From: Candidatus Iainarchaeum sp. | GTDB taxonomy: Archaea; Iainarchaeota; Iainarchaeia; Iainarchaeales; JAZDDZ01 | DNA: 42,546 nucleotides | Reading direction: 5' to 3' | Assembly (NCBI GenBank): GCA_043809245.1 | Contig: JAZDDZ010000044.1 | Location: 1-42,546 of the forward strand | In this document: in pieces, positions 1 through 7,749 of the stretch | Numbering within the stretch: position 1 is the first letter of the stretch | How the letters are laid out: the number at the start of each line of letters is the position of its first letter | Notes under the pieces: model-generated | What the model was told of the DNA's origin: nothing | The model's database searches: none | What the model saw: the letters and a program-made list of their open reading frames with translations, nothing else | Made by a program: the position numbers and the translations under genes

Positions 1-1
1 C

Positions 2-640
2 ACAACCGATGAAACAAAAATAAACCGCTACATCAAGGAACTGGTCATAGACAGAATCATCTACATCGACATTCCAAAGGCATTTGAAATAGACGAGCCT
101 GAGTTGCTGGCAAGAATCCTCTCCATTATTTCATTCAACCCGGGAATGATAATCGACTACGAAAGCCTTGCCAGCGATTTAAGCAGGAACAGGAAAACAA
201 TATCCAACTACATCTTTTACCTTGAAAAAGCGTTCCTGGCAAAAAAACTGTACAATTACAGCAAAAACCTCCTAACAAGCGAGAAAAAAATGAAAAAAAT
301 CTACCCATCCTCAACCGCCTTTGCATTCCTGTACGAAGCACAAGAGGGAAAAATAATCGAAACAACGGCATTAATGAACCAAGACTTCAAATTCTTCAGC
401 AATACGGGGAAAAAAGAAGTGGACTTTATTAAAACAGGTAAAGAACTCGAAGCAATTGAAATAAAATACGAAAAAAAAGTCAGGGAAAAAGAAATAAAAG
501 GCCTGATAAAATTCACCGAAAAAACAAACCTCGAAAAAGGGTTAGTGATAACAAACGACTACGAGGCAACACAAAACATCAAGGGAAAAAAAATCAAATT
601 CACTCCCCTCTGGAAATGGCTGCTGGAAGAAAACAAATAG
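2..640 (+). CDS. AAA+ ATPase, DUF4143 family (COG1373-like), C-terminal part; 5' end lies outside the window
   Basis: ORF in frame 2 is open from the window edge. Its C-terminal region is similar to the C-terminus of the complete ATPase at 10753-11964 (DUF4143-type tail). Confidence 0.6.
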   Translation, partial: TTDETKINRYIKELVIDRIIYIDIPKAFEIDEPELLARILSIISFNPGMIIDYESLASDLSRNRKTISNYIFYLEKAFLAKKLYNYSKNLLTSEKKMKKIYPSSTAFAFLYEAQEGKIIETTALMNQDFKFFSNTGKKEVDFIKTGKELEAIEIKYEKKVREKEIKGLIKFTEKTNLEKGLVITNDYEATQNIKGKKIKFTPLWKWLLEENK

Positions 641-648
641 TTAAACCT

Positions 649-696
649 AAAATCGCAAGCACCAATGCCCTGGGGGCGCTGCAGTTCGGCTCTTAG
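649..696 (+). pseudogene. Remnant of the 3' end of a surface-protein gene (KIASTNALGALQFGS*), directly downstream of the ATPase stop
   Basis: Translates to ..KPKIASTNALGALQFGS*. The intact surface protein at 7750-10557 ends ..NKTASTNASGMLQFGS*, and ~85% nucleotide identity to 10510-10557. Confidence 0.45.
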
Positions 697-762
697 GGCT
701 TTTTCGGTTGGCTGCAGGGCAAGGTTTAAATTGGTTTTCACCCAGAGTTGTTTAGCAAAATT

Positions 763-772
763 TTTTTTTGCG
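763..772 (+). terminator. Oligo-T tract (T10), possible archaeal terminator
   Basis: T10 run followed by hairpin GGGCtgaattGCCC. Archaeal termination typically occurs at T-tracts. Confidence 0.3.
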
Positions 773-897
773 GGCTGAATTGCCCGTGGAGGTTCGAAGG
801 AAATGGCTGTTTTTTTGGCAAAGGCGTTTAACGGATAAAATCTCTGGTTTTTTTTCGTTTTTTTCCAGGTTTGCTGACTTTTCGGAGAGGTGGTTAT

Positions 898-1185
898 ATG
901 GGTGCGAAAGCAAAAAGCAAGGTTGACTCAAAGGATTTTGAAAGCGTGGCTGAATTGATGGAAAACGTTTTAGAGGACACCGGTGTGCCGCGCAACATCA
1001 GGAATGCGGTGGACGAGGCAAGGGAAAAGGTTTTGAACAAGGCGGAAGAAGAAGGCGTGAGGGTCAGCTCCGCTATTTACGTGTTGGAGGACATAAGCAA
1101 TGACATAAACATGCCCTTCCACACGAGAACAGAAATTTGGACAATCATTTCAAGGCTTGAGAGCATAAGGGAGAAAACAAAGTAG
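898..1185 (+). CDS. Small conserved archaeal protein, UPF0147-like
   Basis: ATG at 898 is preceded by GGAGAGGTGG (SD-like). The six-frame ORF begins at TTG 871. Sequence resembles the small UPF0147 family (..DTGVPRNIRNA..MPFHTRTEIW..), recalled from memory. Confidence 0.5.
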   Translation: MGAKAKSKVDSKDFESVAELMENVLEDTGVPRNIRNAVDEAREKVLNKAEEEGVRVSSAIYVLEDISNDINMPFHTRTEIWTIISRLESIREKTK

Positions 1186-1221
1186 CCGGGAAAAGCGGAA
1201 CGGGAAAAAAGCTGTGTTGTT

Positions 1222-4104
1222 ATGGCTGAAACGCAGGCTGTCATAGCCGAAGAAAAACGGGTTTTGGATTACGTTGAGAAAAAAAACGCATTAGCGGAAG
1301 CAAAAGCCGTGAAGCTTTTAATGAACGCAAAGGAATTCGAAAAAATTGTGGACGAGCTTTTAGGCGAGGGCGTTTTCATTTTAACCGAGGAAAAGGTAAG
1401 GGAAAAAATTCTGAAAAAGGAAACAAAGCTCGGCGCAATAGAGGAAGAGGTTTTGGTTAAAAGGAAAAGCTTCAGGGCATTGGCAGAGGAAAGCGCGCCG
1501 CAGCTGAGGATTTTAAGCGAACTGGATGTAACAAACCAGATGGGCTCAAGGGGAACGGTTAAAAATTTTCTGCAGTTATTCCAGGACAAGTTTGAATTTT
1601 TAAGCTCGGTTTTAAGGCAGAGGATTAACTTTAACCCGAAGCCGATTTCAAGGCTTAATCGCGTGATGAAGAACAGCGAAGTCGACATCATTGGCATGAT
1701 CAGGGATAAAAGGATGAGCAAGAAGGGAAACCCGATTGTTTTTTTGGAGGACTTGGAGGCGGAATGCATTGCTGTTTTCTCCAAAAACGACCAAAGGGTT
1801 TTTGACCTTGCGAAAACAGTGGTGCTTGACGATGTCATAGGCGTGAAGGGAAAAAAAATAAGCGACGAAATGATTGTGGTCAATGACATTTTTTTCCCTG
1901 ATTTGCCGATGAAGCCGATCAAAAAAGTCGAAAGCACGCTGAACCTGGCGGTTATTTCGGACATGCATGTGGGAAGCAAGCTTTTCCTTGAAAAAGAATT
2001 CGGAAAATTCATTTCATGGTTAAACGGGAATGTAGGCTCGGAAAAAGAAATTGAAAGAATTGGCAGGATAAAATACCTGGTTGTGGCAGGGGACAATGTT
2101 GATGGAGTCGGAATTTATCCCGACCAATTTGACGAATTGGCGGTTAAGGACATTTTTGAACAGTACAATATTTTTTCGGAACTGATAAAACAGGTTCCAG
2201 AATACATTAAGGTGATAATCTGCACTCCCAAAGGAACCCTTTTAAAAACAGCCGAAGGTTATAAGCCGGTTGAAGAACTTAAGGAGGGCGACCAGGTCTT
2301 TTCATTTGATGAAAAGCAGGGGCGCGTTGTAACCAACAAGATACGCAACAAAATTAGCAGGTTTGCAAAAAAATTAATTAAACTAACTTTTACTGGTGGA
2401 GTAGAGCTTATTTGCACCCCTGAACATCCACTACTTGTATATGAGAACAAGATGCTAGTATGGAAAAACGCAAGCGAATTAACCGCGGGCAGTTTATTGC
2501 CGGTTCCACGAGCGCATAATGAACAAATGCAGATTAACACACTTGATTTACTGAACAAAATCAACGGAGAAATCTATATCAAAAAGCCTGAAACAATCCT
2601 ACTTTCATGCTATCAAAAAAAATCATTAAACCACATACCGGAAAGAACTAGAAGCAGTTATTTTTCTGGAGAGGCCCCAATGCCCTGGTCTTTGCTTGCA
2701 AAAACGAACAGCAATGAAGAAAAGTCATTTGACTGGCCCATCAAGGTAAAAACGCATCACGGCAATTATGTAAAATTGCCAAAAATCATCCCGCCTGAAT
2801 TTTTATATGCGCTTGGAATATTACTTACAGATGGAAGTTTTTCAAAAATAAAAAACAAATTCCCGGACGGTCGATGCGGGTTTTCCTACAGAGTCAGGAT
2901 ATTTAACTCAAACCAAGAAATAATTAATGCGGTTAAATCCTGCCTGAAAGAATTTGACATTGATCCTACGGAAGAATACATTGAATTTCCAAAAACCAGA
3001 AGCATTGCTGGCAGAGCAGTATCCTTTAGAAAACCTATCTTTAATTTGTCGTACACAAACCGCTTCCTTGGAGAACTGCTAATTGCTTTGGGTATAAATC
3101 CCGGGCCTAAGAAAAAAAGTAGTTTAGGGGCCTTGGCGACTCTTCCCTGGGAACATATAAAATACGTTCTAGGCGGCTTATTCGATGGTGATGGCACAAG
3201 ATCAAAAAAAATGACAACCCTTACTACCTCAAGCAAAAGATTTGCAACAGAAGTATTTTTACTTCTGCAAGAACATGGATTTGCGCCTAATTTAAGGTTA
3301 TCAAATAAAATTAATACAGTCTGCATTCATAGAAACCCCGATATTAAGCGCTTCTTTGGAGAAGTACCGCTAAAGCGTATTTCGAGAGATGTTCCGTCTA
3401 TGAATGACAACATCAGCAAAGGAAGGCTAAATAATGCGTATCCCGTTGATCTCCCCCTGAAAGATTTTGTTTTATGGCGCAAACTGGTGAAAAGTGAAGA
3501 AATAGCAGGTGAAACGGTATATAACCTAGAGGTGGAAAATGCGCACACGTATATTGCAATGGGTTTCATCAACCATAATTGCCCTGGGCAGCATGATGCG
3601 GTTCGAAGGGCCGACCCCCAGCCTGCAGTTCCCAAGGAATTTGTTAAAGATTTGTATTCCCTGAAAAACGTGCATTTTGTGGGAAGCCCTTCATGGGTGG
3701 AAATAGAGGGGCTCAAAACCCTTATTTACCACGGCGCATCTTTGCACGATCTTTATGCTTCGCTTAACTCTTTGAGTTCAAGGGAACCGCACAAGGCAAT
3801 AATTGAAATCCTGAAAAGGAGGAGCCTGATGCCGACTTATGGCTTGAGGCAGCCTTATGTTCCTGAAAAAAAGGATTTTCTGCTGATAAGGGAAGAGCCT
3901 GACCTGTACATTGGCGGAGACATGCATCACACTGGCTTTGCGCAGTACAAGGCATGCACTGTAATAAATTCAAGCACATGGCAGAAGCAGACAAACTTTC
4001 AATTGGAGCAGGGGCACGTTCCCACCCCTGGAATTGCGCTGGAATTGGACCTTCAAACCAGAAGCATGAGGGAAAATTATTTCATTGAACAGGAAAAAGA
4101 GTGA
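1222..4104 (+). CDS. DNA polymerase II (PolD) small subunit DP1, intein-containing (extein 333+175 aa, intein 453 aa)
   Basis: N-terminal DP1 domain. Calcineurin-like phosphoesterase motifs ISDMHVGS and VVAGDNVDG, then ..YIKVII|intein|CPGQHDAVRRADPQP.. and the C-terminal DP1 region (GGDMHHTGF..). Confidence 0.85.
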   Translation: MAETQAVIAEEKRVLDYVEKKNALAEAKAVKLLMNAKEFEKIVDELLGEGVFILTEEKVREKILKKETKLGAIEEEVLVKRKSFRALAEESAPQLRILSELDVTNQMGSRGTVKNFLQLFQDKFEFLSSVLRQRINFNPKPISRLNRVMKNSEVDIIGMIRDKRMSKKGNPIVFLEDLEAECIAVFSKNDQRVFDLAKTVVLDDVIGVKGKKISDEMIVVNDIFFPDLPMKPIKKVESTLNLAVISDMHVGSKLFLEKEFGKFISWLNGNVGSEKEIERIGRIKYLVVAGDNVDGVGIYPDQFDELAVKDIFEQYNIFSELIKQVPEYIKVIICTPKGTLLKTAEGYKPVEELKEGDQVFSFDEKQGRVVTNKIRNKISRFAKKLIKLTFTGGVELICTPEHPLLVYENKMLVWKNASELTAGSLLPVPRAHNEQMQINTLDLLNKINGEIYIKKPETILLSCYQKKSLNHIPERTRSSYFSGEAPMPWSLLAKTNSNEEKSFDWPIKVKTHHGNYVKLPKIIPPEFLYALGILLTDGSFSKIKNKFPDGRCGFSYRVRIFNSNQEIINAVKSCLKEFDIDPTEEYIEFPKTRSIAGRAVSFRKPIFNLSYTNRFLGELLIALGINPGPKKKSSLGALATLPWEHIKYVLGGLFDGDGTRSKKMTTLTTSSKRFATEVFLLLQEHGFAPNLRLSNKINTVCIHRNPDIKRFFGEVPLKRISRDVPSMNDNISKGRLNNAYPVDLPLKDFVLWRKLVKSEEIAGETVYNLEVENAHTYIAMGFINHNCPGQHDAVRRADPQPAVPKEFVKDLYSLKNVHFVGSPSWVEIEGLKTLIYHGASLHDLYASLNSLSSREPHKAIIEILKRRSLMPTYGLRQPYVPEKKDFLLIREEPDLYIGGDMHHTGFAQYKACTVINSSTWQKQTNFQLEQGHVPTPGIALELDLQTRSMRENYFIEQEKE
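2221..3579 (+). mobile_element. Intein with LAGLIDADG homing-endonuclease domain inside DP1 (Cys1 ... His-Asn, +1 Cys)
   Basis: Starts CTPKGTLLK (Cys1) and ends ..GFINHN followed by Cys. Two LAGLIDADG motifs (LYALGILLTDGSF and YVLGGLFDGDGT). It interrupts the phosphoesterase GNHD-type motif. 1359 nt, in frame. Confidence 0.8.
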
Positions 4105-4113
4105 AAAAAATGC
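4096..4113. repeat. Target-site duplication, left copy (aaagagtgaaaaaaatgc), includes the DP1 TGA stop
   Basis: Matches 4201-4219 except for one extra A in the homopolymer. Confidence 0.75.
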
Positions 4114-4200
4114 AGAAAAAGATTAATACCCGCTATATAGAGGAGAGGGGTCAGGATTAACCTAAAACTGGGGGTGCCCTGCAGGGTACCCGCGGTTTGG
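4114..4200. mobile_element. Miniature GC-rich insertion element, copy A (87 bp), between DP1 and DP2
   Basis: Flanked by an 18/19-bp direct duplication. Shares the blocks aaagatt / ggggtcagga / cctNaaactggggg / ggtNccc..gcggtttgg with 22588-22684. Confidence 0.55.
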
Positions 4201-4219
4201 AAAGAGTGAAAAAAAATGC
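4201..4219. repeat. Target-site duplication, right copy (aaagagtgaaaaaaaatgc), includes the DP2 ATG
   Basis: Direct repeat of 4096-4113. Confidence 0.75.
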
Positions 4220-7200
4220 CTGCAATTGAAGCACTGGTGAAAGGAAAAACGCTTAACGGCGCCGGGAAAAACAGCCTTAATTTCACTATTGTCGCAGAGG
4301 AAAGGATAAAAAAATATTATGACGCGATTGCCGCAAAGACCTTTGAACAATTTGAATTGGCGAAAAAGGCGAGGGCAAAGGGAAAAGATGTCAGCATGGA
4401 TGTTGAGACAACTCCCACAATGGACTTGGCTGACAGGTGTGAAAACATCACTGGCCCTAAGGGAATCGCAAAGAGATACAGGGAAGTAATAGAGGAAATG
4501 AAGGGCAACAGGATTAAAACTATTTTCAGGCTGTTTGAGGAAATCATCGCGGAAAAAGGCTTTGACCTTCCTGACCGGGAGAAAAGGCTGGAGCAGGCAA
4601 TGAGGACCTCGCTTGTGCTTGTAACCGAGGGAGTTGTTGTTGCGCCGCTGGACGGGGTGCCACAGGTCAAGATAAGCAAAAACTTTGACGGCTCAGAGTA
4701 CGTTGACATCTTTTACGCGGGCCCGATAAGGGCCGCAGGGGGAACAGCAACAGTGTTTCCGCTGATTTTAGGGGATTACGCCAGAAAGCTGATGGCATTG
4801 GACCGCTATAAGCCGACTGATGATGAAATTGAAAGATATGTCGAGGAAACGCAGATTTACGATGAAATCGTTACAAGGCAGTACAAGTCTTCGCCTGATG
4901 AGGTCAGGAAAATAATCAGGGGCTGCCCTGTATGCATTAACGGTGAACCAACCGAGGAAAGGGAAATCACTGTGCACAAGGACCTTGAAAGGGTTCCAAC
5001 AAACAGGGTTCGCGGAGGAATGTGCTTAGTGATAAGCGAAGGAGTAGGGCAAAAGGCGGCAAAAATTTTGACTTATGCCAAAATGCTTGGCCTTGACTGG
5101 AGATGGCTTGAGGAAATAATAAAGGTAAGCAAAGGCGGCGGAAAAGAGGAAAGCATTGGTCCAAGCACAAAGTACTTGGGAAGGATTGCCGCTGGCAGGC
5201 CAATCTTTTGCTATCCTTCAAGGCCAGGGGGATTCAGGCTGCGCTATGGAAGGGCCAGGACGACTTGCGCAATGGCGAAAGCAGTCCACCCTGCGACAAT
5301 GCAGTTGCTTGACGAATTCATTGCAGTGGGAACGCAATTGAAAGTTGAGAGGCCGGGAAAAAGCGCTGAAATGTTTGCATGTGATTCCATTGAAGGGCCG
5401 ATAGTTAAATTGCTTGACGGAGAGGTCAGGAAAATTGAGTCAATGCGCGAGGCACTTGAAGTGAAAAACAGCCTCAAGGAAATTCTTTTCCTCGGCGACT
5501 ATCTTGTTACGGTTGGGGATTTCAGGAAATCAGCGCATCCATTGATGCCTGTTGGCTACTGCGAGGAATGGTGGGCGCTTGAACTCAAAAAAGCGTTAAG
5601 CGAGGGAAAAGAAGCCGAGGGAGTCAACACGACAAAGGTTTTGAAGGAGCCGAGAAGCGTTGACTGCTTTACCGCTGTTGAAATTTCAATGCAGTCAGGC
5701 GTGCCAATGCACCCGAAATTCACCCACTATTATTCTTTGCTGGAAAAAGAAGAAGCCGTCGCACTTATTTCAGCTGCAAGGAGTGCGGGAAAAAGTTTTG
5801 AGGAAAACCTGATTGTCGAGGCAAGGCTTGAAAACAGTGAAAAAATAAAGGAAATGCTTGAAAAAATCGGATTGCCACACAAAGTTGACGGAAGCGAGCT
5901 TGTTATCGGGCGGGATTACGCTTACCCTTTCCTTAAGACATTCGGCGCATTCAGCAGCGCAGAGGTTCCTGAAGAAAAAAGCGTGCTTGAAATGCTTTCC
6001 GATGTATCGGGCCTGGTGATAAGGGACAAGGCCGGAACATTTGTCGGCACAAGAATGGGAAGGCCAGAGGCTTCAAGGCCGAGGAAAATGGTTGGAAACC
6101 CGCACATGCTTTTCCCGATAGGAATTTACGGGGGAAACACGCGTTCAATAAACAAGGCAATGAATTCAGCGGAAAAAAACCGCGTTGGAAGCATTGAAGT
6201 GGAAATCGCGTCATATTACTGCAAAAAATGCGGAAAAATAAATGCAACGGTTTCATGCACTGAGTGCGGGGGAAGAGCGGAAAAACTGGGCTCATGCACG
6301 AAATGCGGTGCGATGAGCGAAACCGAGAAATGCGCGAGGTGCGGCGCGCAGGTAAGCTTTTACGGCAAAAGAGCTGTTGACATAAACGCCTTGATGACAA
6401 GCGCCTTGCACGAATTAAAGGTAAAGCAGCCGGAAATAGTGAAAGGCGTAAAGGGATTGATGAACAAGGACAAGGAACCCGAGCCATTGGAGAAAGGGAT
6501 TTTACGCGCAGTGCATGATTTGCATATTTTCCGCGATGCGACGATAAGATATGAATTGCTTAACGCTGTGCTGACGCACTTCAAGCCCGAGGAACTCGGG
6601 ACAAGCGTTGAAAAGCTGAAGGAAATGGGTTATGAAAAGGATGTCAATGGAAGGCCATTGGAAAATGAGGGGCAGATGCTGGAGCTTTTTCCCCAGGACA
6701 TAGTCATCCATGAAAACGCGGGGGACTTCCTTGTAAGCGTCACGAAATTCATTGACGATTTGCTGGAAAAGTTTTACTCGCTGCCGCGCTATTACAACAG
6801 GAATTCACGGAATGAACTGGTTGGAGAGCTCGTGTTAGGGCTTGCGCCGCACACCTCAGCCGCGATTGTCGGCAGGATAATTGGCTACACAAAGGCAAGG
6901 CTTAACTTTGCGCATCCCTTTTTCCATTTATGCAAGAGAAGAAACATTGACGGAGACCAGGATTCAATCATGCTGTTAATGGACGGGCTGCTTAACTTCT
7001 CACACCATTATCTGCCAAGCTCACGCGGGGGAAGAATGGATGCTCCGTTGGTTTTCACTATTGCGTTAAATCCCGCGGAAATAGACGATGAAGCGCACGA
7101 GATTGAGACGTGCAGCGAGTATCCATTGGAGCTCTACGAGAAAGCACAGCAGTTTTTGCCTGCAGACATTAGCTCAATTCCAAGGGTAGGGCAAAGGCTT

Positions 7201-7698
7201 GGAAAAATAGGGCAATACACTGGAATAGGCTACACGCATGAAACACGCGTCTTTGACGAGGGCCCAAAGATGTCAAAGTATGTACAGCTTGCGACAATGG
7301 AGGAAAAAATCAAAAGCCAGGCAAAAATACAGTCAAAAATAAAGGCATTGGACAAAAAAGACGCGCTTGAAAGAGTGCTTGTGTCGCATTTTTTGCCTGA
7401 CATAATCGGAAACGCGCGGTCCTTCTCAAGGCAGACGTTTCGGTGCACTAACTGCAATTCAAAGTACCGCAGGATTCCATTGACAGGGAAATGCACGCGC
7501 TGCAAAGACGATGGAAACATTGTGCTCACAATAGCGCAGGGCTCTGTGAGAAAATACCTGCTGCTTGCAAAAGAAATCGTGAACAGCTACGGCTTGTCGA
7601 ATTACTTAAAGCAAAGGCTTGACTTGATACAGCAGGAAGTTGACTCCATTTTCGTGAATGAGAAGACAGACCAGAAAAGTTTGTTTGAATTCGTTTAA
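4216..7698 (+). CDS. DNA polymerase II (PolD) large subunit DP2, no intein
   Basis: 1160 aa. Conserved DP2 blocks (..LAPHTSAAIVGRIIGYT.., ..AHPFFHLCKRRNIDGDQDSIMLLMDGLLNFS..). Cys4 zinc-finger clusters (CKKCG..CTECG; CTKCG..CARCG; CTNCN..CTRC). Confidence 0.9.
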   Translation: MPAIEALVKGKTLNGAGKNSLNFTIVAEERIKKYYDAIAAKTFEQFELAKKARAKGKDVSMDVETTPTMDLADRCENITGPKGIAKRYREVIEEMKGNRIKTIFRLFEEIIAEKGFDLPDREKRLEQAMRTSLVLVTEGVVVAPLDGVPQVKISKNFDGSEYVDIFYAGPIRAAGGTATVFPLILGDYARKLMALDRYKPTDDEIERYVEETQIYDEIVTRQYKSSPDEVRKIIRGCPVCINGEPTEEREITVHKDLERVPTNRVRGGMCLVISEGVGQKAAKILTYAKMLGLDWRWLEEIIKVSKGGGKEESIGPSTKYLGRIAAGRPIFCYPSRPGGFRLRYGRARTTCAMAKAVHPATMQLLDEFIAVGTQLKVERPGKSAEMFACDSIEGPIVKLLDGEVRKIESMREALEVKNSLKEILFLGDYLVTVGDFRKSAHPLMPVGYCEEWWALELKKALSEGKEAEGVNTTKVLKEPRSVDCFTAVEISMQSGVPMHPKFTHYYSLLEKEEAVALISAARSAGKSFEENLIVEARLENSEKIKEMLEKIGLPHKVDGSELVIGRDYAYPFLKTFGAFSSAEVPEEKSVLEMLSDVSGLVIRDKAGTFVGTRMGRPEASRPRKMVGNPHMLFPIGIYGGNTRSINKAMNSAEKNRVGSIEVEIASYYCKKCGKINATVSCTECGGRAEKLGSCTKCGAMSETEKCARCGAQVSFYGKRAVDINALMTSALHELKVKQPEIVKGVKGLMNKDKEPEPLEKGILRAVHDLHIFRDATIRYELLNAVLTHFKPEELGTSVEKLKEMGYEKDVNGRPLENEGQMLELFPQDIVIHENAGDFLVSVTKFIDDLLEKFYSLPRYYNRNSRNELVGELVLGLAPHTSAAIVGRIIGYTKARLNFAHPFFHLCKRRNIDGDQDSIMLLMDGLLNFSHHYLPSSRGGRMDAPLVFTIALNPAEIDDEAHEIETCSEYPLELYEKAQQFLPADISSIPRVGQRLGKIGQYTGIGYTHETRVFDEGPKMSKYVQLATMEEKIKSQAKIQSKIKALDKKDALERVLVSHFLPDIIGNARSFSRQTFRCTNCNSKYRRIPLTGKCTRCKDDGNIVLTIAQGSVRKYLLLAKEIVNSYGLSNYLKQRLDLIQQEVDSIFVNEKTDQKSLFEFV

Positions 7699-7718
7699 GG
7701 AAACCGAAAAGCGAAGGA

Positions 7719-7728
7719 ATTTATACTA
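7719..7728 (+). promoter_or_regulatory. TATA-box-like element (atttatacta) ~26 bp upstream of the surface-protein ATG; transcript probably leaderless
   Basis: AT-rich octamer at the canonical archaeal distance. A similar tatatact motif lies at the same distance upstream of the paralog at 32365. Confidence 0.35.
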
Positions 7729-7749
7729 CAAAAAGCATTATATTCGCGA

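Noticed and set aside
697-745. ggctgcagggcaaggtttaaattgg as a degenerate third copy of the miniature element end (ctgcagggtacccgcggtttgg)
   Set aside because: Similarity is limited to ~12 scattered bases. No conserved blocks, no flanking direct repeat.
791-800. GGTTCGAAGG resembling a tRNA T-loop
   Set aside because: No flanking acceptor or T-stem complementarity, and no cloverleaf can be drawn. It sits in a T-rich terminator region.
871-897. Upstream TTG start for the UPF0147-like gene (MLTFRRGGY..)
   Set aside because: ATG at 898 has a good GGAGAGGTGG spacer and gives a protein of the family-typical length. The TTG extension has no support.
4216-7698. Looked for an intein in DP2, a common intein host
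   Set aside because: Conserved DP2 blocks are contiguous, the length (1160 aa) is normal, and there are no LAGLIDADG or HN-Cys junctions.
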